A DNA stretch of 64,000 nt from Eledone cirrhosa. Lineage: Eukaryota. The notes under the pieces were generated by a model, which ran no database searches, had not been told where the DNA came from, and was given only the letters and a program-made list of their open reading frames with translations. The position numbers and the translations under genes were made by a program. The DNA is taken from positions 187,240,001 to 187,304,000 of the forward strand of contig OZ024743.1 in assembly GCA_964016885.1 (NCBI GenBank), written 5' to 3'. Below, piece after piece: positions 28,442 through 41,093 of this stretch; positions within the stretch are counted from its first letter, which is position 1, and each line of letters opens with the position of its first letter.

Positions 28442-28789
28442 TCATCATCATCATTTCATTTTACGTCCGCTTTTCCCTGCTTGCAAGGGTGGGACGGGAA
28501 CTGATTCTGGCTTGATTTCTACAGCTGGATGCCCTTCCTATCACCAACCTCATTTACAGTGAGTGCTGGGTGCTTTTTTGCCGTGGCACCTCCACGACCA
28601 CTTTGCAGTGGAATGATAGGGACCCCAGTTCCTATCATCTGATTTCTACAGCTGAGTAAACTGGAGCAATGTGAAATAAAGTGTCTTGCTCAAGGAAACA
28701 ACAAGGAAACAACACATCACCCGGTCTGAGAATTGAACTCACAACCTTTCGATTGCAAGGCCAATGCTCTAACCACTAAGCCATGTGCC
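28442..28789 (-). mobile_element. Composite SINE: tRNA head + CORE + RTE 3' tail
   Basis: Head ggcttagtggttagagc..gagttcaattctc, CORE, then gttggtg.taggaagggcatccagctgtagaaa...ggacgtaaaa(tga)n shared with the RTE 3' UTR; near-identical to 47838-48172. Confidence 0.9.
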
Positions 28790-28791
28790 TA

Positions 28792-29138
28792 TATTATGAA
28801 GAAGAGAGACAGTTTTATGTATACATCCTCTTTTTATTATACAGTCCTGTTATGTGCATTTCGAGGACTTCAAAGTGGTTGTGAGATACTTATTCAACAA
28901 ACAGTTATTAAGGTGTAAAATTTTTTTTTTTTTTGGCTTTTGATATGCTTGTCATAGCTTGGAACACACTTATAGCTGGACTCCTAATATTGTATTCCAA
29001 ACTATGGTGAGCATATCAAAAACAAAAAGAATATTACACATTAATACATGCAACTATTTTGATGTCTTTGAAATGCACATAACATGATTTTATAATAAAT
29101 AGATTGTTTACATAAAGCAGTCTCTCTTCTTTATAATA
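28792..29138. repeat. Old foldback with ~150-bp diverged arms
   Basis: tattatgaagaagagagac...tgttatgtgcatttc...ttttgatatgct vs agcatatcaaaa...gaaatgcacataaca...gtctctcttctttataata. Confidence 0.7.
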
Positions 29139-31041
29139 TTGAAACTCCGCCCGATACTTTATAGGTTAGAACTTAAGGTACCCACATCGTGGAGTGCTTA
29201 TATTTGTTTACACTAACACACACACACATGCATACACACATTAGTACAGCTTCCATATTTCCATACCCACAAAAGCCTCACTTATCTTCAACTACTCAGT
29301 ATGTAAACAATACCAAACATTAAAAACGAACCTAAGAAACATGTAAATTTCAGAGACCTAATGCAGTTTGATGTAAAAACAAAGCTGAATCTCCAAAGTC
29401 ATGGCTACCCATCTCTTTCTGTTTTTAGATATTGCAGGCTGTTGTACTATATGCAATTTCTCATGGAGGCAAAGTTGAGAGTAGTGATTACTCGGGCAAC
29501 AAGAGAGGTGTGGCATACATCAATTGTTAGGCTTGTGTACTCCAGTTGTGGCCATCTGGTAGTTTGAGGGTGTCCCCGTAGACTACAGCCTTTGAAAGGC
29601 AGGATCTTCTCAGAGGACAATTTAGTAAGTTTTGGCAGTTACAAATTGATATGTCTTTGGATCTGTGCTTTTTTTCTGTCAGCATATTGGAAGTGATGCT
29701 GCTTAGAAAGCAGTAGCTAACCTTATCATAGTGTGAGTTTAAGAGGTTATAGTATTTGTGGTTATATGGGATGTGTATTTTAGTAAAGGCAGGAAGTCCT
29801 TCACTATATTCATAGATTCACTTAAAATGAATGGGGGGCTGGACCAGTTTATATCTCTCTTTCTAACTCACTTTAGAGGGGATGGGGTCTTCTCCATCCA
29901 TACTAAGTTTCCTGGAAGTGACTTCTCACTGATGCCTTGATATCTCTGTTGGATGATAGGCTAGAGAAACTTCTGCTAATCCTGTTTACTAGGATTTTAA
30001 CTATAGCTGAGGAGAGGTAAAGGGAAGGGGAATTCCAATATATCTGCCCTGTTTCCTCTTTAGGCTTCTTATAGGGGTAGTGCTTACATATTTACTATCC
30101 AGAAATTTAATAATTTTGAAAATACTTATATGATTATTTTAAATATATCCATTGTGTGGCTGTACATATGGCATGTGATTGTTAGCCTCTATATAGGCTG
30201 ATCTATGGGGATACATTCAAGTATTTAGATGAATAAACCAATAGGTCATAGGGTCCCATGGATATGTGAAAAAACAGATCCAACTGCCTACCGTGATAGG
30301 TTACATTTTAGGAATGTAGTCAATAATAGATTTTAGAAATCATCTGTATCAATAGCAAATATATTTGCTAACTTGTAGAGCTGACTTAGAACACTGTTAT
30401 TGATGTAGAGTTGAAAAGAATAGCCTTCATCATTGCGATTATGTCTAGTTACAGTATATAAATATATCAGTCAATGATAAAGCCTTAATGTAGTCATGCA
30501 ACCTTGAATACAACCTACCGTGGTAAATAAATAAAAAGAAATATTGGACAATGTAGTCCTTAGTATAAGAAAAAGATGAGAAGATTGTGACTGAAATGCC
30601 TCTCATAACAAGTCTACATAACAAGAGTAGAGCTGGTGATGAATAACAAAAGCAACAAATACACATCAAACACAAATATTCAAGTGGTATCATAACAACC
30701 TGATTGGTTAAGTTGTTACACAATGTTCCTCAAGTAAATAGGCACTAAACTTAGTATGTTTAATTTTCTTTCATTTGCTTACGTTGAACATTTTAGAAAA
30801 CGAATATTTCAGAGGTGTTAATAGATTTAATTCAGGGGTTTTAAAAGGTTAAGTGGAAATATTTATATGGCAAGGAAAAATGAATCAATATTAATTAATG
30901 AGTAATATTATTTTAATTATTTCAGCAATTATGGGGGACAACACCAATCAGATTTGAGCCCTATTATGTATGATCTCATCAATGAAGCATATATTTTATC
31001 ATACATACAGAAATTATTATGTAACTAGTGATGTACAGGAA

Positions 31042-31243
31042 TACGAGGATTGGCTGAAAAGTTCATAGGCTGACCAAGATACTCTCATGGAATGACCAAA
31101 TGAAGTTAATTTTTCAACACAGTCCCTGGAAAGAAACAATGCAGTTATTAATAAAGAGAGTAGAAATTAATGCATTCAAGATTTCACAGTTCTAACATCA
31201 ACCCTCCATAGTCAGCCTATAAACTTTTCAGCTGACCCTCGTA
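31042..31243. mobile_element. Mariner-type MITE
   Basis: TIRs tacgaggattggctgaaaagttcataggctgac / gtcagcctataaacttttcagctgaccctcgta, with TA at both ends. Confidence 0.85.
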
Positions 31244-32897
31244 GATTTAAACTGTTTTATTTCACTTAATATATTTTCATGCTCATTGTTGTATACTTGC
31301 ATGGTTTACATATTTCTGCAAATATTAAATTCTACATTATTTTATTTTATATTATGTGATGTGTAAGTGCCACGTTTTGAACAACATAGAATTTCTAAAG
31401 CTAGGAAAGTACTACATGTAAATGTGGGACTCAGAGATAACAAAGAATTGAGAATTGAGTAAAATTTATTCAATGTAGATTGTTAATATGTAGTATATAT
31501 TTGCTAAAAAGATAAGCCCTCTAACAATTTTAAGTTATCAGTAAGTTATTATGCTCTATTTTAAATATGACATCACGTAATTTATTTTTATCATTATGAA
31601 AACTAGTAGCAAATTTTCATCTTGTATACTCTAAGTTATTTTAAAGAAGTGTGAAATATTTCAATCATATACTTAGAAAACTTATAAACTAAATAATTAG
31701 TTTCTGTTATTATTTGACCCAAAGTTATCAACAACTTTGTATTATTATTAAACAAAACAAACAAGTTTCTCAGCTGTTACAGTATTTGATAAATTATCTT
31801 GTTAGATACAATTGATGGATTGTATATATTCAAAAAGAAACATTTTGGCTGAAGATTAAAATTTAAATAGAAAATTTAAGCATAGCTAACAAATCTATCA
31901 TTACAATTCTGGGTAAAACAAAATATGAACAGAAAGCAAGCAACAACAGATATTGTCTTTTTTCTGTAATTGATATCTATTTACAGAAAAATACATTAAG
32001 AAAATAACAACAAAATGAAAAATTAAAAACCTTTCGTCATTTCTTTCTGTTTTTGTTTATTTGTATTTCTTTATTTCCTCTGTAATAAATCATTCTGTGG
32101 GCGATGACAAAGTTGAAAGAAGTTAATTTCTTTCTCTTTCCCTCTTTAACTTACTCCTCCTACACACATATATTTCTGAGTGCATATATATTTGTTTGTG
32201 TATGTATATATTAGCAGTGTAGTCACTTTATCAAATACTGACATTCTTCTAAGCCATTTAACAAAGTAATGGACATTTAATTCAGCCATGCTATTATGCA
32301 CTATCAATGGAATGTGATACCTGAGATTTTCTTAATCAATTAAGCAGCCTCTGATCTGTAACTAATTCTCAAAATGTTTTCTGTTTCAAATCTTCTGCAG
32401 AATAGCTTTTACACAAAGCAATAAGATAAAGGTAGACGAGGAAAAATATCATCATCATCATCATCGTTTAATATCTGTTTTCCCTGCTAGCAAGTGTTGG
32501 ATTTATATCACGTAAACATCAGTACTCAAGCAGGGTCACTGACTTCTAGCTAGACTGGGAGCCTCATGTATGATCCTGATTTTATTTTGGCACCAGTACT
32601 AGTGGAGTTGTCATATCTTTGATACAGCTGAAGAGTCCTCTCAACCACTTTACAGGGTGTACTGGGGGCATTTATCATATAGATTATCAACACTAGGCAG
32701 GTTGTCATTGCATTTCATTTTAATAGGATTTAATTGTGGTCATAATCCTGTCAGAAATATAGAATATTGGTAAAAAGGCATATTGCATAATGAAATAATT
32801 AGATTTGACTCTAGTTTTGGAAACCTGAAAAATTAAGGAATAGAGATATATAGTATATTACTAAACTTTCTTTGAGAAGTTGCAATATGTAATTGTG

Positions 32898-33140
32898 AAG
32901 GCACACGCACTGGTAGTAAGTGTGTTGGACTTGTGATCATAATGTCATGGATTTGATTCCTGGACTGGGTTGTGTGCTGTGTTCTTGAACAAAACAATTC
33001 ATTTCGCATTGATATAGTTTACTCTGCTGAAAATGAGTACCAGCAATAGCTAGGTGTTTAATCCTGCAATAGACTGTCATCCTGTTCAGGGGTGAGCCTG
33101 GTATTCTCAGTCACTTAATACCACAACACCTAGGATAAGC
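32898..33140 (+). mobile_element. tRNA/CORE SINE, non-RTE tail
   Basis: Colinear with the reverse complement of 14560-14792. Confidence 0.65.
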
Positions 33141-34996
33141 TTTAGTCTGATGAGCTTCCAGGCGTTTAGAACATGTAAGTCTTTGGTTATAGCATATAAA
33201 CAGATTCAAGTATACAACAGATGTTTATCACAAAACGAAAGAGACAGCTAAAATATTGTAATATTATCAATATTGAAAAGACCATACATATCAACTGGCA
33301 ACTTATGCTACAAAGGTTGTATAGAATTACTTTGTACTATATTGAATGAAGCCAACGATATGTTCAATGCAGCAACACATGCATTGTATTAATTCAGAAT
33401 TTGTGATTACAGAATGGCAGCACCAACTTAAACTTTGGTGCTTGCTGTTTAAATGTAAATACAAAATTCATTTGTGCATTAGACATTTGAAAATGTGAGG
33501 CTTCCAAATGCAGAAAATAACTAATAGAAGTTAATCACTATAGATAATAATTGAGAAAATTAGGCACATTACCTCTGTTTACTTTTTTCTAATATCTATA
33601 GAGATTGACTGTTATTACAGTTATTTTATTATTATTTTTTTTTTGCATTTGGGACTCTCACATTTTGAAATTTCAAATACTTCCAATGCTTTGATAATAC
33701 ATAATGTTTATTTGACTATTATTTTGAATTACAACATTTCTATTTCTATTTAAACTATATTTTAGTAGGTATATTCCCTGATCATTTTCAAAACACCTTT
33801 CCAAGTACATATATGTACAAGGACTTGATTGGTTTTTATTTGTAACATATAATTCCAAATACCTTATCCATTTCAAGACCAATTTGTTTAGCAATTTAAT
33901 TCAATATATACTACTATATATTCATCTCAGAGTGAAAAAAAACGTTTATTTTGTAAGACTTTCTGAAATCGATTCTTTCCAACTTTGCTATGCTAGTATT
34001 ATCAAAGAAAGACAAAGATAGTGGGGCCTGGAGACAATAAACAAGTGGAAATACATAGATGTACATATCCAAATGCACAAAGATAGAAAAGAATACAATT
34101 CTTTGTAATTATGATGCATGTAGTGCATTGAATTTAGTTGTTGTTCTTTAACCCCAGGTTAGCCTCATTGAGCAGACATGATAAAAGAGGGTCATTATTG
34201 TCCACATGTAACCTTCTAGAATAGTAGAGTGTGATTTGTGTTAGTTTTGGCTGCTATATATTAGCAAGATTATTGAAGGCTTGAGTTAATTCTTTAGCTT
34301 GCATTATTTTAGTATTTCGGATAGATTGGGGCTGTTATAAGTATAAATAATTTGGAATACAAAATACTATTTCTTCGTTTTATAAAGCCATTTTCATTTT
34401 TCTCCAACGGAACCTTAATCATTTCTTTTGTCTTATCCTTCTGTCTTGAAATGAGTTATTAATTAAAATTTATCGCTGAACAATATATTAATCGTTATAC
34501 AATAATGAAAGTACAATAATAAAAAGCAAGAAAAGAAATAAAACAGAGATAAAGTGGGAGAGAAAATATTAAATAATGAAAAGGTGTAAAAAGAAGAAAA
34601 GGGGCAAATTCTAAACACTTGTCTATGTCTTAAATCTCAGCTGCAGCCTACAGATATGATGGTGAAAGCATTGCTGAGGAGACAATAAAGTGACACCTAC
34701 TGCATTTTTCATTCTACCTTACCAGGGTGTCTTCCTCATTTGAGATGCACTCCTCTGGATTTTGTGAAGGGAAACAACAGTCTAAGGAAAAGGGACACAG
34801 GAGGTCTCAATAACGCCTGGTACATAAAAGGCAATTAGTCAAGTCTTTAATACCTCTTTATTTTCCACTTGTTTATTGTCTCCAGGCCCCACTATTTTTG
34901 TCTTTCTTTGATAATATACATAAATTTATATATATCATCATCATCATCATCCTCATTTAACGTCCACTTTTCCCCCCTGCTTGCAAGGGTGGGACA

Positions 34997-35063
<67 letters not shown>

Positions 35064-35529
35064 GTGTATGTATGTATATACATACATACATATATATATA
35101 GAGATACAAAGAAATATGGTATATGATTGGATTAGATCAGATAGCAGCTTAAAGTAGAAAATAAAAGCAATTTCAAGCTACATATCACATTTCTGTGAAT
35201 CATCATTAAGCTACTCTAACCAAGATAATTGAGTCTCCACTCTGGTACCTAGAAACTTTGAGCTTACCAATACTAGGAAATCAAAATTACTTTTTATCAA
35301 TGGTTAACTAATAAACATTACTTTTATCTTTTTTTTTACAGAATTATGTTGTTTTTAGAAAATGATTTGGCTATATGGCGGGTTATGAAAAAGATAAATG
35401 AAACTAGTTATATGATAAATAATTAACACTAGAAATTATGGTTATATGAAAGAAGAAATTGGTTACACAAAATATAAAAGACTAAAGAGATATGTTCATG
35501 GTTAAATAAATTGACTATTTTAGATATAG

Positions 35530-36292
35530 CTGGGAGTAAAATCAGTCAGCTGGAATTTGCAGACAACATGGTACTACATAACTTGAAAGAAGATGATGTC
35601 CGACTTGCACTCGATAGGTTTGATGCCAAGTGCTGCATGGCTGAAATGACAATCTATGCTGTGAAATCTTAGACACTCATCCTCTCAAGGAAGCCTGCAC
35701 AGTGCACTCTACATGTGGATGGAGTTCTACTGAAGCAGGTGGAGAAGTTCAACTGTCTTAGGCTTGTGTTCATGAGTGATGGAAGGCAGGAGGCTGAATT
35801 AAGAATAAGAATTGTAGGAGCTGGTGGAGTAACCTGCCAGCTTCAGCATTCAGTAATCAGAAGATGGGAGATAGGCATAAAAGCCAAACTCACTATTTTC
35901 AATTCAGTATTTGTGCCAACCCTTACCTGTGGTCATGAATCTTGACTAATAACCATCATGAATACAAGCAACCAAAATAGCTCGGAGATCAAAGAATCAC
36001 TCCAGGTAGAGCCAGTACTTCTCTGAATTGAGAGATCACAGCTCTGATACAATGGACATGTGGTTAGAATGTCTCAGGAAAAAATCGGTGGAGAGATTTT
36101 ATGAGCAAACCAACTGGCAGGAGACCCAGGAGTAGACCCCAAGCAAGATGTTGGAATAACATCCATGAGCTTGGCTGATTTTGCTTGTGGATCCAGCTGG
36201 ATCAGTTGGAGATGGTTGCTTCTGGCAGGGCCTGCTAGAAGGAATGTTTGAGGACCTTGTTCCCATGACCCTCTCAGGAATAAGTAGGCAAA

Positions 36293-36293
<1 letters not shown>
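35530..36293 (+). mobile_element. Rex3/Expander-like RTE, 5'-truncated and decayed, ending in (AAT)n
   Basis: ISQLEFADN..LKQVEKFNCL..SDGRQEAEL..AKLTIFNSVFVPTLTCGHES; 3' end ccatgaccctctcaggaataagt then (aat)n. Confidence 0.8.
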
Positions 36294-36323
<30 letters not shown>

Positions 36324-36324
<1 letters not shown>

Positions 36325-37367
36325 GAGGAGTGATGTCGATAGACTCTACTTAAGGAGATCTGAAGGTGGAAGAGGTCTTATCAGCATAGAGGACTGTGTT
36401 CAGATGCAGAAAAACAACCTACACAAATACGTGACTGATGGTAAGGAGCCAATGCTCAGAACTGTACTGAAGGAGGGGACAATAGGCTAGGGGATGTCCA
36501 AGGAGGAAATAACATCAAGGAGAAAGAGCAGCCTTCAGGAAAAATCCCTTCATAGTACCTTCTTTGAGAAAACTGAATTTAGAGATCCACAGACATGGAA
36601 CTGGTTGAAAAGAGGAGACCTTAAAAAGGCTACAGAAGGAATGTTAATGGCTGCGCAGGAGCAGGCCCTCAAAATGAAGTGGTTGAAACACCATATTTAC
36701 AAGAAGGAGGCTAGCCCGCTGTGCAGGATCTGTGGAGAGAGAGAGGAGACTGTGGCTCACATTGTATCCGAGTGTAAACACCTAGCCCAGACTCACTATA
36801 AGGGCTGGAGACATGATGTGATGGGCAGGGTGATCCACTGGCATCTATGCAAAGTAAACAATTTACCACATTCTGAGAAGTGGTATGAGCATAAGCCAGA
36901 GTCGGTGATAGAAAACGATCAGGTGAAGGTGCTGTGGGATTTTAGGATACAGACGGACAAGAAACTGGAACACAATAGACCTGACCTGGTGGTTGTGGAC
37001 AAAGAAAAAAGATGTGCCTGATTGTGGATGTGGCCTGCCCATTCGACACGAGAGTGCAAGAGAAGGAGAGGGAGAAAATTAACCAATAACAGGACTTAAA
37101 GTGGGAGGTAAAAAGGATTTAGAACTGCCGTGAAGTCAAAGTGATCCCGATTGTCATAGGCGCACTAGGGACTATCTCAAAAAGTTTCCGGGGATGGTTA
37201 AAGAAAATTGGCCCCTTCACGCTTTTTGGAACACTTCAAAAGGCATGCTTGCTGGGAACAGCAAGAACACTCCGATACGTCCTGAATATCTGAGGCTGCA
37301 GGTAGTGGCTTGATATTCATTTCAACAAACTTTACAGTTAACTAACATCAATGACTGAGACTCAAAG
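36324..37367 (+). mobile_element. R4/Dong-clade RLE retrotransposon, 5'-truncated, inside (TAA)n
   Basis: SDVDRLYLRRSEGGRGL; CCHC CRICGEREETVAHIVSEC; RHD; RPDLVV..IVDVACP..EKEREK; PIVIGALG..LQKACLLGT; (aat)n on both sides. Confidence 0.9.
36494..37293 (+). pseudogene. R4/Dong ORF C-terminus: zinc knuckle plus restriction-like endonuclease (frameshift near 37020, stops)
   Basis: ORF 36494-37021 continues in a shifted frame as IVDVACPFDTRVQEKEREK...TLRYVLNI*. Confidence 0.85.
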
Positions 37368-37639
37368 AATAATAATAATAATAATAATAATAATGTTTTC
37401 TTTATTAACCACAAGTGTTTACATAAAGTAGACATTAAGGACAGTACAGGACAATACAGGACGGTACAAATGGGCATTTCTGCGTGTAAAAAAAAACGGA
37501 GGTTGAAATAAAATAACAAAGAAAAATTCCCCAATAGGGGGAAGACTTCCGAGGGACATTTGTGGAGAAAGCCCTTTAAAAGACCACAGTGGCCCTGACC
37601 CCCAGGGCAAGTGCCCTCTCCCAGTTTTCCACCTTTAAT

Positions 37640-40600
37640 TTACAGACACATACTCAGAGAAGGCCCATTCATTCGGGCCATACTTGCTTCTCTCACCCAT
37701 CTTTCAACAAAATGCTGGGAATAGAGCACTTCCCTCTCTACCCTGATTTTCCTTTTCAAATGAAATTTGAAAAAGTTAATCAAGGCATCACCGAAGAAGA
37801 AAGTGCTCGTCTTCAACCCTTTCAAACGTGTCCACCATACTATCTCTTTCGCCATGGACACCAGACAGATAAAAACTACCCGCCCTTCCCGGCTAAAGGA
37901 AGGGGGCGGGGCAATCCTCACGATGGACTCAGCTGATAGCTGGATCCGTCCTACACGTGACAGCAGGTGTTCGACATAAACCCACAAGTCAGCAATGCTC
38001 GGACACTGGACGAGTGCGTGCAGGACGGTTTCGTCGCCCTGCGCGCATCTCGGACATGCCCAGCTGACGGCACCTCCATGCCTGTAGAGTTTATCCCGAA
38101 CTGGCAAAGCTCCTCGGTAGCACTGCCAGGCCAGGGATTTCTGGAAGTTGTCCATAGGCCCCGGCCCGAAAGTCCTTCCGAAGAGATTGGCTAGTTGATT
38201 TTCGTCGACGCCTAGAGTTTCTCCAAGTACGTCGTCGCTCTTCCCCTCCACTAATCCCCTATAGAACGCCAAGGTGGAGTTTCCACCGATCACATTGCCC
38301 GATTGGTCGAGGGCTGTGAGCGCCTGAAGACATTCCAGTCTCCAAGCGCTCCCTCTCGGTCTTCGCTTGACCCAGGACTGCAGCTCCGTCAAGGAGACGA
38401 GCTGGGGAAAAACGTGTCTAGCAAACGGCGACCACACCTGATCACCGTCGAGGAAGAGGTAGAGATGTCGTAGCCTGAGCGCGTGTCTGCGCATCATCAG
38501 CCACGGCATGCCCAGCCCTCCACGTAGCGGGTGTTGACAGCAGATGGACCGCCTTACCATCGGAGCGCGTCCCTTCCACAAGAAGCGAAAGAGCAAACGC
38601 TCCAGCGCAGTCATGCGGGGCTTAGGACAAGGTACGACGGTCAGGCAGTAGTAGATGACGGATGCGATGTACGCATTCGCCACCTCCGCTCGACCTTTCA
38701 GGGATAGCTTCCTCTCGGCCCATTTCTGGGTGAGAGAAGCCACCCTGCTCGTCACCTCGTCCCAGTTTTTGTCCGTCTGGAGGTCTGGACCGAACCAGAC
38801 CCCTAGCAATTTAACCGGTCCGTCCGTCCAGCGCCCGACGACGCTGTTGGACGGCATGGACCTGCCTCTCCAGGTGCCGAGCTGCAGGCCCACTGACTTT
38901 TCCTGGTTGATCATTGCTCCTGTCACCGCTTCGTATTCTCTTAGTGTAGTGCCGATCGCCTCGATGTGTTTGGCGTTCGACACCACTACGGTGACATCGT
39001 CGGCATATGCTGACACGGATCTTCCGCATCCTAGTTCGCGCGGGACCCCCCTCAACGTCTCCAGTTTGTGCAGTAATGGCTCGAGAATCAATACGTACAA
39101 TAGGGACGAGAGGGGACATCCTTGGCGGACCGAGCGCATGATGTTGAACGGTTCCGAAAGGTGACCGTTCACTCTCACTACAGAGCAGATGTCGCTGTGC
39201 ATGGCAGCGATCCAGCCTCTGAAGACGGGCCCAAAGCCAGCCGCCCTCAGGACTGCCGCTAGGTAACGATGGTCGACCCTATCGAAGGCTTTCGACTGAT
39301 CTAAATTGGTCAAAGACCCACCCGTGCCAGGTTCCCTAGCTACCCTCTCTACGATGTATCGCATGAGGTGGAGGTTGTCGTGGATGGATCTGTCGGGAAT
39401 GGCGCATGTCTGTGCCTCTCCCACCAGACCACCAACGACAAGCGCCAACCTCTTTGCTAGCACCTTGGCCAAAATCTTGAACTCTGTGTTTAGCAGGGTT
39501 ATGGGCCTAAAATTATCTATGTTATCCCCCTTGTTCGGATCCTTTCTCAGCAGCACCACCGCTCCTCGGCTCACAGAGCTGGGAATTCTCCCGTTCTGTT
39601 GCCAGTTGCAGTAGACGTCCGCCAAGAGGCCTCCGAACAAGTTTGGCATTTGTACGTAAAGTTCATAGGGCAGACCATCCAAACCAGGCGATTTACCCCT
39701 TGTGCAACTAGTCATTGCATCCCGTACTTCAGCGGTTGTTATCGGCTTTTCGCAACACTCCGCCTCAGTGGACGAAAGCCGCGGCAGTCCGTCGAGGTAG
39801 ACACTAAAGTCCATCCCTCGATCCGGCCCGCCACTGCCCCCGAACAGTTGAGCGAAGTGTCGCTGAAAAGCTTCACACATTTGCCCGGGATCGAGTAGCA
39901 TGCGCCCGTCGTGGTCCACCAAAGACCAGATCGTGGCTTTGTTGCCACGACGCGCCTCGGCCACTCGGGCCCATTGAACGGCTTTCGTCCCCTCGTGTGT
40001 GAGAGCACGCACCCTAGCTCTGACAACGTAGCCTTCGTGCTTTGCATTGAAGAATTGGTCAAGGGCCAATTTCGCCGCAAGTACGTCGGTCGCGATGCCT
40101 TTGCTAAGCGCCTCATCTAATTTTCTAACTAATTCTCCCTCTGCTCTATTTTTCTCTATTGCTAAAGTCTTACTAAACCTAATGGACTCTATTCTAATTG
40201 CTCTTTTCAGAGCAAACCACCACTTGTTGTTGACGATGGCCCCCGTCAACGCCCGCTTAACTAGTTCGCTAATCCGGTCTCTGTAGGCCTTGCGCGCTGG
40301 TAAGGACGCGTTTAGCTTCCAGTAGCCGGGTCCTTGTCTATGAATCCTATCTAAGTCAAGCACACACATCACGAATTTGTGGTCCGTGTAGCTGACTATC
40401 TTGAATTGTGGACAGCCTATGCTAGACCTATCTATTTCCCTACAAAATACTCTATCTAGATGTGATCTGGATGACCCTATGCGATTTGTCCAAGTCCACA
40501 TTGGTACATTCGGGAAATCCATTCAGTACCTGTCAGACAGTTCAAAACGTCTGAGCAGGTTGGTGAGACTCTTGCACCCTCCTTCCCTATCCACTAATCC

Positions 40601-41059
40601 CACACAATCCCAGCGTGTATCTAAGATCCCGTTCCAGTCGCCCACTAACACTAAAGAGCGGGACGTTTCAAGAAAGGTCTCCAGACGCCGGAAGAAATCA
40701 GGCCGCCCTGCTCCTGTCGGGGCATAGACGGCCACTAACCTGAAAGCTTGCCCGTCTCCGCTGGTCACGTCCAGCACCACCAACTTACCTTCTGGGTCCA
40801 GGAAGATGGCCCGTATGGCAAGATCCAAACCTCTCCAAAAAAGCACAGCAACTCCTCCCCCCGATCCCGGACGGCTGGGAGATGAGTACACATCGTAGCC
40901 GCCGAAGATCGGTGCGAAAGCCTGTGCTTCGGAGATTCTGGTCTCGCTGATGGCCACTACATCTATGTTTAGTGACCTGAGGTCGTTGAGCAGGTGGCCC
41001 TGCTTCCATGACGACCCCAAGCCACGCGCATTTATGCTGCCTATTCTGAGTGAGGTCAT
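37640..41059 (-). pseudogene. Tx1 ORF2 (APE endonuclease, RT, CCHC) with one in-frame stop at 40523-40525
   Basis: SINARGL, ISET, VYAP, GDWN, SHLDR, TDH; GPGYWKLN; SPGLDG; FRPITLLN; KAFDRV; RQGCPLS; YADD; GGLG; CPRC..ETVLHALVQC. ORFs 40523-41059 and 37640-40522 are in frame. Confidence 0.92.
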
Positions 41060-41093
41060 GTTGAAAAGGAGTGGAAAAGATGGGAAAGACCAC

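Noticed and set aside
28735-28789. tRNA gene (anticodon loop ttgcaat)
   Set aside because: A SINE head with no complete acceptor stem, continuing directly into the CORE domain
30445-30723. 92-aa minus-strand ORF as a host exon
   Set aside because: No recognisable domain, AT-rich composition and no convincing splice pair
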